Origin: Felis catus
Lineage: Eukaryota
NCBI RefSeq assembly: GCF_018350175.1
Contig: NC_058368.1
Coordinates: 205,656,001 to 205,720,000 of the forward strand
Reading direction: 5' to 3'
Length of the DNA stretch: 64,000 nucleotides
Shown: positions 23,040-35,975 of the stretch, piece after piece
Layout of the letters: every line of letters begins with the position of its first letter
How positions within the stretch are numbered: position 1 is the stretch's first letter
The notes under the pieces: generated by a model
Told to the model about the DNA's origin: nothing
The model's database searches: none
Seen by the model: only the letters and a program-made list of their open reading frames with translations
Made by a program: the position numbers and the translations under genes

Positions 23040-23965
23040 CTTCTCACTACTTACAGGACATCTCAATGGATATCTCATTGGTACCTCAAATTCAGTGCAT
23101 CCAAAATACAGACTCTCATCTCTAAACCCGAGGCTTCTCCTGTGTTCCCTGCCTCAGTGAATAGCTCCATCATCTTCCCCAAAACTTAAAACACAAGCTT
23201 GGTGGCAGCCTTTCCTTTTTCATCTCCCTCAGTGTCTGCGTCCAGTCACCAAATCCAATTGATGTGTCCTTCTAAATAGCTTTCAAAACTACTACCCACT
23301 TTTTTTCCTACACTGACTGCACTACCCTATTCAGGCTACCGTGATCTTTCACCTACATTGCTGCACAACCAGCCACTCTTCTTGCTTTTACCTTTGCCGC
23401 CATCCAAAGCATTCCCGCTAGTGCAGCCAGGCAGAGCTTCTAAAAACACAAATCTAACCATGCCTTTTTCTCTGATTAAATCCTTCAGTTCTCCATTATT
23501 CTTGGATTTCCACATTAAGAATAAAGTCCTGGTTTCTTAAAATGATTATAAAGCTCTTTTTGATCTGGCTTCTGATTACTTCTCCAGCCTCCTCTTTCAA
23601 CTCCTTTGTCCTTTATGTACCCCTCAGGCCTTTTCCACTTTATTCTAGAAGCATATTGACATGAGCTGTCTATAAAAACTTCAGACCTTTGCACACTGCT
23701 GTCTCTGCCTCAGATGCTCTTGCCCTCTTTGTCTGGCTAGCCGCTATTCATTTGTAGGTCACCCTTTATATTTCACCTCTTCTGGAGCATGGTCCATGCT
23801 CCAAACACCCCATCATGGAACTTACTAGAGAGTATAGTGATTGCTTTTCCTTTCTTATACTCTCTATTAGGATGTAATCTGCATAAAGGCAGACATGATC
23901 CATCTGCCTTGCTTATCATATTCCCAGAGCCTAGCCCTGTTTCTGGAACATTATTCTCTTCTAGT
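23040..23965 (+). mobile_element. L2 3' portion
   Basis: 'ggacatctcaatggatatctc...cctcaaattcagtgcatccaaaa...tgatctggcttctgattacttctccagcctc...ttcccagagcctagccc'. Confidence 0.8.
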
Positions 23966-24117
23966 GAGTAGTGAAAAAATGAGGGTTTATTGAACTCACC
24001 TGAAGAAATTTATAGACATGAGGGTTGAAGGGAGAGGTTGAACATAAAAACAAGGCAACATCCCAAAGTTGTAGCCATTACAAGTGTGTGACCTTTTTAA
24101 GAGTCCTGGAGGAACTC

Positions 24118-24631
24118 TGCGGTAGATTAAAAATGGCTAAAAATTCTTTGACTCTTTTCACATGGAAAGGCAAAAGTTTATTTCCCCTCCCTTTGGACCT
24201 GGGCTGGCCACTGTCAATTTGACCAATAGAATATGATAGAAATGATGCTCTGCCAGTTGGGACCTGGCATTTGAGAAGACAGGTATCTTTTACGGTACTC
24301 TCATGGAATTCTAAGGTGCCACGTAAGAAGTTCAACTACTCTAGTGAAAGGACCACAGGGAGAGGCTCTGAGACTGCATGAAGAGAGAGAGGGACCCAGC
24401 TGAGCCCAGGCTTGCAGTTATCTTGTTAAGGTTTTGGGCATGTGAGTGAAGCTGTTGGAGTCTTCTAGGACTTAAGAAACAGGCTACCAGGCACAAGTGA
24501 TCTCAGTAAACTCCAAGTGAGAAGAAGAATTGCTCAGCAGAGACTTGCCCATATTCTTGACCCCCAAGATCATGAGATATAGGAAAATGATTTAGGGGTG
24601 GTTTGTGATACAGCAGTAGATAACCAGAACA
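24118..24631 (+). mobile_element. MLT1H-like solo LTR, near full length
   Basis: Starts 'tgcggtagattaaaaatggctaaaaattctttgactc' and ends 'gtttgtgatacagcagtagataaccagaaca', giving TG...CA termini. Confidence 0.85.
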
Positions 24632-26054
24632 TCCAGTGCTTCCTTTTCACTGGCTGTTAGAGATGCAAGGTAGGGAAGGGATTTTCTCAGTTCTGCCATG
24701 TTCTCCCTGCAGTAGCTGGGGCTTCAAAGACCTGTCCTTGCAACTTATTTCATTCCATCCCAGATTATGGGGTCAATCAAACCCCTAGGTGGAGTGCATA
24801 TAATGGCTAAAGGAATTTATATAAGTTGGTCTTTTGTTTTGGCCTAGTAGGATTCTGGTGTACCAACTCCTAATTACTCATGGCTCATTTTCCTGTACCA
24901 AGTCATTGCCTGGTATCTCAGTCCTTTAAACAGGTATTTTTTATGATAAAAATCTCAGTCTCCCAAAGACCAAATCTGTGATATCTGCTGCCACATATCT
25001 CTTATTTATCTCAGACCTTGTGGTTTCTCTGAGATATAGAGCTCTGGAGATTACTTGACCCACCTCTACTTAAAATAATGTGCTTAGTTTGGGGATCCAT
25101 TTGGACTTCTCCTCTCTCATTCTTGTGCTCTATTTCCCTCTCCAGTTATTACCACCACCTTCACCTCCCCTAAAAAGGTTAAATCTCCAGTTGGTCCCAG
25201 TTGACAGTGTGCTTAAGGCTTATTCTCAACTTTGTTTCCAGATTCCTACCCTTTTTATAACAGGGTTATTTCAGTTGTAAGAGACACACATCCAACTAAG
25301 TCTCATTTAATCTAAAAGAGAGAATGTATTGTTTTTTGTATCCAACTAGAGAATGAGAGCATCCTCTAGGGCAACTGGATCATGGGAGTGATCCATGGCA
25401 TTATCTCCTGATCTCTGGCATCTGCTTCTCTCATTCCCTTTTGCTATAAATGTGTCAGGAAACAAAGCCACAGAATTCAGGACTTCTATCCTTTTAGTAG
25501 GAAACAGAGAAGGAAAAAGAGTTTTCATTTTTACCTGTTGCTCTGATCATTTTTAGCTGATCATTTCATGTGCCCAAACTAGAGCAGTCATCATAGGGCA
25601 AAGCACTATGCCTGCCTGGGTCTGAGCACTGTGCCCAGCACTGTGATGAGAGAGGGGCCTGTTACCAGGTAGGTGCTTGGCATAAGTGAGGCCTCAGAGA
25701 CAATGGTGTGACTTAAGAAGACCCTCAACTTGTATTTGTAACTCTTGCAGCTGGGATTGTCCAGGAGTGAGCTGGGATGGAATGGATGAGAGGGACTGTG
25801 GAGTCATGAGGAATGAACATGGGAGAGCAGGAACAGAGCAAGGCAGGAGTGTGTCCATCTGAATATGTGCCTGAGTTCAGAGCAAGGGAGTATAGGGGAA
25901 GAGTAATGTGGATTTTTCCCAGAGAGGCCAGATCTTAACCGTATATCCATTTATAGAGATTTGTTAAGAATGAAACATCGAATATAAGCATTGGAGGACT
26001 GGACAAACTTGAGATTGAGCTGTTTATTGCTGGCATTAGAATGGTTATTTCCTC

Positions 26055-26272
26055 GGGCGCCTGGGTGGCTCAGTCGGTTAAGTGTCCGACTTTGGCTCAG
26101 GTTATGATCTTACGGTTCATGGGTTCAAGCACCGCATTGGGCTCTGTGCTGACAGCTCAGAGCCTGGAGCCTGCTTCAGATTCTGTGCCCTCCCCCTCTC
26201 TCTGCCCCACCCCTGCTTGTGATCTGTCTCTCTGTGTCTTTCAAAAATGAATAAACATTAAAAAAAAAAAAA
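26055..26272 (+). mobile_element. CanSINE
   Basis: TSD agaa(t/a)ggttatttcct at 26038-26053 and 26273-26288. Confidence 0.96.
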
Positions 26273-28107
26273 AGAAAGGTTATTTCCTGCAGGTAATTCT
26301 ATTTGAATCGTGTTTATTTACTTATACTGTGCCCAAAGGATAATGGCTGAACTTCATTTGAGCTGTTAGCAGACTCAGGAAGGAGGACCCTGACCTGAAA
26401 TAGAGTATGAATAAAGATAAATATGTTTTTCTTTTTTCAGCCAAAAGCAGCTAAAGAGATGAGAAGCTATTTTCAGATAACTGTAAAATGATGAAGGGAA
26501 GGCAAAGAGATTTTTTAAAAAATTCTTTTTATGAGAAGGAAATTAAATATTTTGAATAGATAGCCTAATTACCTTATTTAATAATATCTTGTTAACTAAG
26601 AAAATAAAGTGAACATGTTTAAATAAATTATGAGTTGAAAAGTTATAAAAATGCCTTTAAAAAACAAAAGCAAAGATATTGCATTTTGCAATGAGTCAGA
26701 AACCTTCTGTCTACTTTGTTCGTTAATGTGCATATATTGCATTACTAAATTGATTGTCTAGAATATCCTTGCCACTTTATGGATTAAAGCTTAAGCATCT
26801 GTATAAGCCTTCATTGGTAAGACAATTGATTTTAGAGTCACCTATATTAAATCTTGGGATAATGCTATGTTTACACACATTAAAACAAATATTAAGTATG
26901 TACATATTAAGGCAAATCATGCTTTCCTAACAAATTATTCTGGAACTGCGGTGCCTTTTCTATTTCCTGTCTTAGTTTTGATTCTAAATCTGGTGGACAA
27001 TTTTGAGATCTGAGATGAGAGAATATTCTTTTCATGGAAGTATTTTTGTCTTTGCAGAAGGCAAGGGCACTATAGTTGGCTGTTTTTCACAAAATGTGGC
27101 TTCGTGTTTCTTGATGGCTCCTGTGATAAGCTGACTGTCCAGAGAAATTTGGATTTCACATATGTAGTTCCAGTGAGTGAATTCATCCAGGTTAGACCAT
27201 ATGTCTTGGCTTCATGTTCAAAAAACATGGACTTTATACTCAGGCAGCAAGAGTGGTATAGATTTTACCAATTTTCCAGTGCCTACCTGGAAAGCTTAGT
27301 TCAAATTGGCTGAAGTGGGAAAACTGTCATAAAGTGAAAAGTGGCTCAAAGAATACAAGAACGTGTTTAAAATGAACACAACAGGTAGTACCTGAGCCAC
27401 ATATAGAATCCAGTTTATTAAAATGCAGATTGGACTAGAGGAAAATCATTGTAGAGAGCAATTCTCAATATGTGAGAAACTCACAAATCAGTCATCCTGC
27501 GGAAGGCACAGGTTGAAAAGTAATTTAAAATATCCATGAGTATACTGGGTTGTATGGACATTTCAAAATTGACCCATGGAAACAGATGATGAAAGGCAAT
27601 AAGGAGACAAAATGTTTGAGCTGCATATTAGGAGGCAGCTTCTTTGCAGACCATCAGGGAGTAACAAACGGGCAAGATGCAACTGCCTTGATGCAAAGCC
27701 ATCTCATGAGATAGGTAGATAGAAAAACATGGAGCCATGTCTTGAGAGGGTTCAGGGGGACATTTGTTTTCTCCCCTTGGTTTGATGATGTTAAAGTGTT
27801 GAATAGGGTCCCCTGCAAATTGACGTCTAACTAGAACCTCAGAATATGACCTTATTTAGAAACGTGGTCTTGGCAGACATAATTAGTTAAGGATTTCAAG
27901 ATGAAATCATCCTGGATTTAAGGTGAGTCCTAAATCCAATGGCTGGTGTCCTTTACCAGATACAGGGAAGATAGTCATGTGAAAACACGGACAGAAATTG
28001 GAGTTATGATCCACATACCAAGGAATGCCAGGAGCCATCAGAAGCTGGAAGAGGCAAGGATCCTTCCCTAGAGACTTCAGAGCAAGCGTGGCCCTGCTCA
28101 CACTTCT

Positions 28108-28146
28108 TTTTTTTTAATTAAAATTTTTTTTAATGTTTACTTATTT

Positions 28147-28198
<52 letters not shown>

Positions 28199-28351
28199 AA
28201 GAGAGAGGGAGACACAGAATGCAAAGCAGACTCCAGGTTTGAGCTGTCAGCACAGAGCCTGATGTGGGGCTTGAACCCACAAACCATGAGATCATGACCT
28301 GAGCCAAAGTTGGATACTTAACTGACTGAGTCACCCAGGTGCCCCCCCCCC
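28108..28351 (-). mobile_element. CanSINE with an expanded (GA)n tract (28149-28192)
   Basis: Antisense SINE ending 'cacccaggtgcccc'. Confidence 0.95.
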
Positions 28352-28352
28352 C

Positions 28353-28524
28353 TTTTTTCTAATTTTGGAAAAATGTTTATTTATTTATTTAGAGAGAATC
28401 CCAAGCAGGTTCCATGCTATCAGCACAGAGCCCATTGTGGGACTTGATCTCATGAACCATGCGATCATGACCTGAGCTGAAATCAAGAGTCAGACACTCA
28501 ACAAACTAAGCCACCCAGGCTCCC
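28353..28524 (-). mobile_element. CanSINE, short older form lacking most of the (CT)n linker
   Basis: 'aatcccaagcaggttccatgctatcagcacagagccc...agccacccaggctcccc'. Confidence 0.92.
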
Positions 28525-29394
28525 CTCACACTTCTGATTTCAGATTTCTGGCTCTAGAACAAGGAGGAAGTAAACTCTGGGTTTTATTTTAAACCACCGA
28601 GTTTGTAGTAATCTGTTACAGGAGCTCTTGGAAACTAATACAAAGGGGGAGCACTGTGTAAAGCTGTCTGAGACAGTGGCAAGTCCCCATGAAGCCACTG
28701 CATCTGGCTACATAGAGGTGGACTTTCTCAGTCTTTGAAAACATCTCATTTGTTAGTAGGGAGGGACCAAGCGCAAATAACCACTGCATGGGTAGGGTGA
28801 ATCTAACGTACAATCATATTTACAAATATTACATCTGTGTGGGGAGTGGCTTGTGGAAAAACAGTATGTAAATTGTACATCAGTTCTCCAACTGAGAACT
28901 GACACGTAGGTACATTTTTATAGAGATTTTAAAAAATATCGGATATGTCTTGTAGCCCAAAATTGTTGAGTGGAGGGGAAGTCTGGCACTGGGAGTCTCA
29001 GTATACAAACCTGGTGCAGCAGGAACAGCTACTAGCAGCTAGAGGCTTCCACTAGTGGGAGGCTCTGAAAGTAAGGTGAAGGAACCCAATATGAGTAGAA
29101 CATGTAGACATATGTAAGATGTTTAACAAAATGCTTAAAATGTGGTAAATATGACAGGTGTTTAATAAATGTAAATTCCCATCCTGGTCTCCTTCCCATA
29201 TTGCTAAGCATAATTAACTCTACAGAATTATATATCTTATATATGAAATACTTTTGGAGCTATTCCCCATGTAGGTCAACGTCAGAGCATGGTCATATTG
29301 ACACAAGCCAAACCCCAACAGAAATTCTAATGTTTACTTGTCCTTTTCTCTCAATGAGAAGGATACAAATATATATTTCATGGCAACTATTTTA

Positions 29395-29610
29395 TTTTAT
29401 TATTTTTTTAATGTTTATTTTTGAGAGAGAGAGAGGGAGAGAGCAGGGTCCGGGGAGGGACAGAGAGAGGGAGAGACACAGAACTTGAAGTGGGCTCCAG
29501 GCTCTATGTTGTCAGCACAGAGCCCAATGTGGGGCTTGAACTCACGAACTGTGAGATCATGACCTGAGCTGAAGTCGGACACTTAACCAACTGAGCCACC
29601 CAGGTGCCCC
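29395..29610 (-). mobile_element. CanSINE
   Basis: TSD tc(a/g)tggcaactatttta at 29378-29394 and 29611-29627. Confidence 0.96.
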
Positions 29611-31362
29611 TCGTGGCAACTATTTTAAATTCTCCTATTTGCTTCTATTCTCCTTTACCCCCAAACTGGAGGTCTCTTATTGTTCTACCTCAAAGAACTT
29701 TGTCATCCATGCTATCCAGGCCCTGCTTGGATCTTTGTTCTAAGACCAAATCTTATCTATGCCTCTATGGCCCCATGACATATTCCTGACACTTGGGTGC
29801 AGTCAGGTCTCAGGGACTATAGTGCTTCCTTCTGTGTGATCTTCCCAAGAAGCTACATATAGCAGAAATTTCATCTTTTTTCTCCTTGAGGAAAAGGGAA
29901 AGAAGAAATAAATCATCAGGCAAAAGGTATCAGGGAAAGACGGCAAACCTTTCCACATCAAATGATTTTATTCAATTATATGCAATCTAATAAAGCTATC
30001 TATATTTGACTTTCCTATGTAGCACATTTTTCTTCCCATCTCATGTCATTTAACTGAATATGGAACCTTCATTTTAAACCTATTAACAAAATTACCTGAT
30101 GGTGTGTGGTAGGTGCCATGTGCTATGGATGGGGAAATGAAACTAAGATGAAAAACTTGCCCAGAAAAGTATTGCCGAGCAAAAAATGATATGTTGCTAC
30201 ATTTCTGTCCTCAAATGCCATTGGTTTTGCTAAACCTAACCCACTCCTACTGATTCTTTAAACCCCCTTCCATATTGTACTTGTGCTGTGAACTCTCTTC
30301 TGTCTCTCCCAGGGATAATCTATCATTGTGACCCCACATAAATTATTACACAGTTATTTATGTGTGGATGCTTTGTAAACTGTTGGTGTATCTGTCCCCC
30401 TGGAAGACCACTGGTCCCTTAGGGATGGAGACCTTTATCCTTAGAGTCAAGCACATATGTAGTAAGCATTCTCTAAATATTTAATATAGTTAGTTATTTT
30501 TATACTCAGTTTCTCTATACTTTTCCATGCACTTTCAATAATTTATGATGAAGACTATTGGACCTACCTGATTCATTATAAGAGTACTATCTTAACTCAT
30601 TGATTATAGATTTTGTCTTCAGTGGGCTTTGACATGTGACCTTTGATCAAATAGTATGATGGAGGAAGGATCCCTTGTGTGGCTGTTTAATTCCATGTTT
30701 CAAATAATGACCTTCATTATTTTAAAAGGGATACCCAAATATCTGCTAGCCATAAGTGAGTGGCCTCTCAGGAGACAAGAGGAGCTCAGAGATGAGGAGG
30801 CTTCAAGGAGCATGGATTCAGTAAAAGCTTATGAGAACGAACTTGAAATACAGCTGTTGGAAAAGGTCAATAGCCTCTGGTTCCTTTACACTTAGGCCTC
30901 ACCTCCCGTCTTTTTCTTGTCAAGGACTGCCCTCATCTAGACTTGGACCAGTCATTTTGGACCAAGAGCTCATTTTGCTTGGTCCTCCAAAACTTTTTTT
31001 CTTTTCTCCTTTTTAAAAAAAGGCTGACTCTGTGAAGTACATTACTAAAATTGGCCAAGATTTTTGCCCCAGAAGACCACGAGGCACAGGAGGGACGTAG
31101 TGAAGAGGAATAACAGGAATTGAGAAACTTCTCTTTGTGAACCTGATGGAATGGAAAGAAGTAGACTCTGGGTCTAGAAAACCATCCTCAGGATGGGCAT
31201 GGGAAACTGTAAAAAAGTGAGAAATGTGTAGAAGAGCGTCCTGCTTATTGCTGGCCAAAGTGTTGGTTTGCCGTGAATATACGCAGTATGGACATGACTT
31301 AATCTCTTATTGAAGAAGTTGTAAATTTGCTTCAAGCTGTATTTTCTTCTTTAGTAGCTTCT

Positions 31363-31575
31363 TTTTCTCTTTCTTTCTTTCTGTCACTTATTTTTGAGAG
31401 AGAGAGAGTGTGTGAACAGGGGAGGGGCAGAGACAGGGAGACACAGAATCCAAAGCAGGCTTCAGGCTCTGAGCTGTCAGCACAGAGCCCGAGGTGGGGC
31501 TTGAACTCACAAACCACGAGATCATCACCTGAGCCCGAGTTTGATGCTTAGCTGACTGAGCTACCCAGGTGCCCC
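31363..31575 (-). mobile_element. CanSINE
   Basis: TSD agtagcttct at 31353-31362 and 31576-31585. Confidence 0.95.
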
Positions 31576-32399
31576 AGTAGCTTCTAAGTTGCCTGCCACT
31601 GTATTATTAATGTGGTTGAGGGCTACCCATTGGCATGCAGGATTGAGTGGTTGAAAGTACTGGCCCCAGAGGTACACACCCTGACTGTTACCAGAGGAGT
31701 TAGTCTACAGATATGTTCTCTTACCTAAAATGATAATAATGCGTTAAGTTTTGATGTTCTCCAGGTGGAAGTATAAAAGTGCAGCTGCTATATTACCATC
31801 ATCATCATAATGGCAATTATTGTTTCTGTTAACAGTAAGAATCTCAGAAAGCTAAAAGAACTCGAAAAGTGAAATTTAATGGAAGCTGAAATTGCCAGAA
31901 GAAAAATTAAGCACATTATCATTTATCTCCCCTTTAATCCTCCTCTGGAGGGAGCAGAGGGACAGAAATTTCAGGTCAAACCTTTTTATCAACAGTAGTT
32001 ACACAGAAAGTGTATCAGACAACTTCTCTTCTTTTCCCTAGAGCTAAAAATCAGGGTGAAACTGTTTTTGGATATTTTATCCCTTCAAAGAACCAGAACC
32101 TCTGTTGCCTACTCAGAACATTCAGAATCCACAGCTTTGCAAAAGAGATTAGCTTAAAAGAAAACATTATTATCTGGTTTTACAGAGACTTCCAGCTTTG
32201 CTTCAAGTCATGTGTTTTTCTTCCCCTCTAAAAAAAAAAACAAACAAAAAAACAAAACATAAAGAATAGAAAAGCGGATATTTGGAAGGTCAAATGCATT
32301 GCTAAAGGGAGGATATATGGACTTTCAGTCTAATTTTCCTATTTCCCCAAGGATCCTCGGTTAGCTTGTGGGATAACCAGTGCAGCCACTATCGAATGG

Positions 32400-32785
32400 G
32401 AGTTCTGAAGCTGATGAGGATCACATATGGGGTACAATGAGGCGTATTGTGGAGGAAGCTATTCTTGTCCGGGAGGCAAGAAAGAACTTCCCCTATGAAA
32501 TAATAGGTAAGAAGAAACCTGAATGATGAGTAGGAGTTACTGTTCAAAGTGAGGGAACATGATGTGTGACGTTCCCAGGCAGAGGAACTGAGAGAAAACC
32601 AATTTGGGTAGACTGTGTGGAATGAGGGATGGGGGGAGAGAGGAGAGGACAGTTTGGGAGGTAAGCAGACTTTGAAGGGGCTCAGAAGGCATTCTAAGGG
32701 TTTTGGACTTCATTCTGTAGTAATGGAAAATGAAGAAAAATAAGGATCAGATTTACATTTTGAAAAGACTCACCCAGCTTCATAA
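32400..32785 (-). mobile_element. L2 fragment
   Basis: 'gaaacctgaatgatgagtaggagtta...ttcccaggcagaggaac...tttggacttcattct...atcagatttacattttgaaaagactc'. Confidence 0.65.
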
Positions 32786-32789
32786 CTGA

Positions 32790-33695
32790 TGCAGCCAGTG
32801 ATCATGGATGGATGCTCAACCATTGGATGGAAGGTCGAGGGGACAGGATAGTAGCATGGTGCTGGGGATCACCTGACAAATCACTTTCAAATTGGAAAGG
32901 GAAACATGTACAGTTACAATGGAGAGAGCCTAGAGCTGTCAGTCAACACCTTAATCAAGTGCTAAAATTTAGCATCTCAAAGTGAGGAAATAAGCCAACA
33001 CATTCAGAATGTGGGACATTCTACAATGTAACTATCTTGAACTTAACAAAAATTCAGTGTCATAGAAAAATGGAGACAATTCTAAAATAAGAATTAAAAG
33101 AGATATAACAATGTAATGCAATGAGTTAATCCAGGTAGAGGAAGCAACCACAAAAGACATTCATTGGGCAACTGGGGAATTGGAAATATGGACTGGCTAT
33201 TATAGGATATCATGGAATTATTTTTAATTTTATTAGACATGGTATTGTGGTTATACAAGACATTCTCCATATTCTTAAGGTGTGTACCCTGAAGTCATAG
33301 GGGTAAATTCTCCTGTTATTTATAACTTACTTTCGAATAGTATAGATAAAATTTGAATAGTTTTTTTTTTTTCAACGTTTATTTATTTTTGGGACAGAGA
33401 GAGACAGAGCATGAACGGGGGAGGGGCAGAGAGAGAGGGAGACAAAGAATCGGAAACAGGCTCCAGGCTCCGAGCCATCAGCCCAGAGCCCGACGCGGGG
33501 CTCGAACTCACGGACCGCGAGATCGTGACCTGGCTGAAGTCGGACGCTTAACCGACTGCGCCACCCAGGCGCCCCGAAAAATTTGAATAGTTTTATATTC
33601 ATAAAAGTATTATATCAAAAGACTGAAATAAAGAAATGCAGTACAATGTTAACAACTGTGGAACGTACGTTGTTCATCGTAAAATTTCTTTGAAG
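32790..33695 (+). mobile_element. Old L1 (L1MC/ME-like) 3' end, split by a CanSINE
   Basis: 'ttacaatggagaga...caccttaatcaagtg...aaagacattcattgggcaactggggaattggaaatatggact...ggtattgtggttata'. Confidence 0.7.
33365..33575 (-). mobile_element. CanSINE, youngest SINEC_Fc type
   Basis: CpG-rich and nearly identical to the other young copies. TSD aaaatttgaatagtttt at 33348-33364 and 33578-33594. Confidence 0.98.
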
Positions 33696-33839
33696 ATTTC
33701 TATGATTAAGACTTGGTAATAGAGAGGATTCAATACAAAATAAAAAGGAATAAAGAAAGCGAGTGAATGTGGCACAGTCAGTTAGGTTATTGTAGTAGTT
33801 CAGGTAAGACCTGGAGCATACATGATAGGAGTGGTGGAA

Positions 33840-34850
33840 GAGAGAACTTAGCAAGTTAGATCACTATTTAGGTAACAGAATGGATTAAACAGAATAAATT
33901 AGAAGTGATTGTTTGGAATAGTGCCTGGTGCCTACTGCCTAGTAGGCACTTAATTGTCTCAGTGCATAACAGGATGAATGTATAACATGGGATTCAAGAA
34001 GAGGGAGATGTATGCTTTACAGATTTTTTACTTAACCAATTGGGTGCATAATAAGACCATTAATTAAAATAAAAAACAAGAGAAGGAGCATGTTTTGGGA
34101 GGAAAATGATATGACTAGGTTGAATTTGAGATTTCTTACAGATCATCAAAGTGGAGGCCTCGGGTTGGCATTTATATATAAAGCTCGGGAGCAAGTGATT
34201 TCAGAATTATTAGCCAATTAAAAATTGAAGCAGAAAAAAATATCCCAGGAAGAGTTTACAGAATAAAAGCTAAAGCAAAAATGGTCCAGGATAAAGCCCT
34301 GAGGCACTCTAAACTTTAATGTATGGACAGAGAGGGGTGGCTAGCCAAAAATGTTGAAACTGAGTTGGAGAAAAACCAAGAGAGAGTAGCAACAAGGAAG
34401 TCAATGGAAGATTATTTTAAGAGGGAAGTATTTGAACAGTATCATATATTATCATATATTATTGAAAAATCAAGCAAGATGCGATTGAAAAGTGAATATA
34501 GAGACTTAGCAGACTTAAGTTGTTGGTCTGAAAGAACAATTTTGGAAGAGTGATAAGGGGAGACATTAACCCACATTGGCTTGTGAAGTTGAGTGAGGGG
34601 AGATGATATGAAAAGAGTGTTAACTCCTTTGGGAAATTGGACTGTGAATGGAGAAACAGAAACCAGGAGTGGGAAGAAAGTTTTTTTTAAAGGTGGGAGC
34701 ATTGAACATATATAAATAGAAATTGGAAAGGAAAGCTGTGAAGCAAAATTATAGTTACGGAAGAGGGAGGGAGTACCTAATAGCACAAAGTCTCTGAGAA
34801 GATTGGATATGGTGGGATCCAAAGCAGAGATAGGAAAGGTAGGTCTCATT
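33840..34850 (-). mobile_element. L2 fragments (decayed)
   Basis: 'ggttgaatttgag...catcaaagtggagg...aagccctgaggcactctaaactttaa...agcaacaaggaagtcaatggaag...ggatatggtgggatcc'. Confidence 0.6.
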
Positions 34851-35599
34851 GTCTAACCATGCTAGGTTCCAGGTTTTATTGATGAAATGAAGAACATCAA
34901 CTGAAAGATTTCCAAAATGCTTTTAGCTCTAGCAATTTATCGTTTTGGGTGTCTGGAAGAAGAGGAGGGTCTTGGAATGTGGATCCTATTAGGGTAGCAA
35001 GAGTGTATAAAGACAACAGGACACCATCAAACTTCAGGGTCGGGAGTGACTGTTCATGGGGTTGTCATCTGTAGGGTAGATGAAGTGAGTGAACGGACAC
35101 CTGTGAAAATCACTCTAAACTGTGAAATACTGGTGGTTGGTATCACTCCCATCGAAGCCAAAACAGGAGGAAACAGAAATCACATTTATTTTGCAGTTTT
35201 ACCCATGGCTAGTCTCACAGCTGCCAAAACTTTAGAGTTACTCTGAAGATATTTTTTCAACTGGCAGTTGAATTTAAAATAGTTTTCTTTAAGGTTGTTT
35301 TTATATGCAACTCTAATAAAAGAGTTTGACCTTCCCAAATGTTTTTTTTTGTTTTTTTTTTTGTTTTTTTTGTTTTTTTTGACTCTGTGGTGACTATGCC
35401 TAATGTAAGGATATTGGAGAAGGCAGACTTGAAATAGGAAAATAGTGAAAAGAGGGACTGTGGGCCAAGACGTGAAAGTGGGTCAGTGCAATGGAGAGGA
35501 GACAGGCAATGAGATAGGGACTGATAAGCACTGATGCTGGTTGTGACTCCTATAAGGGTTCAAGAGTCCATTTTTATTCATGTTAACATGAATCACAAC

Positions 35600-35975
35600 A
35601 ATAATATGACCATTTATTGAGCACTTACTTTGTGGGAGGCACCATACAAGGCTATTCATTATCTCATGTAATTCTCAAAACAATCCTGGGGGGTACTATT
35701 ATTATTCCTATTTTATTTTATTTTCATTTTGGTAAGATATATACCACATGCAATTTACCATTTTAAACATTTTAAGCGACATTAAGTACATTGGCATTAT
35801 TGTGCAACTATCACCGACATCCATCTCCAGGACTTTTTCAACATCCTGAACAAAAACTTTGTACCCATTGAACAGTAACTCCCTCATCCCCCTCTCCCCG
35901 ATTATTCCTGTTTTGAAGATGAGGCAGCTAAGGCTTCAAGAAAATAACAAGTATTTCCCAAGGGCACAGAACTGA
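35600..35975 (-). mobile_element. MIR, split by an old L1 3' fragment
   Basis: 'catttattgagcacttact...taattctcaaaacaatcct...attattcc' resumes at 'gaagatgaggcagctaaggct'. Confidence 0.8.
35715..35900 (-). mobile_element. Old L1 (L1MB-like) extreme 3' end
   Basis: 'aatttaccattttaaacatttt...cattaagtacatt...ttgtgcaactatcacc...catccatctccaggac...gtacccattgaacagtaactccc'. TSD attattcct(a/g)tttt at 35701-35714 and 35901-35914. Confidence 0.85.

Larger units (their letters stand above)
27790..28642 (+). mobile_element. MLT1B/C-like LTR, split by two CanSINEs
   Basis: 'gaacctcagaatatgaccttattt...gagccatcagaagctggaagaggcaagga' resumes at 'gatttcagatttctggctctagaac...ggaaactaataca'. Confidence 0.88.
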
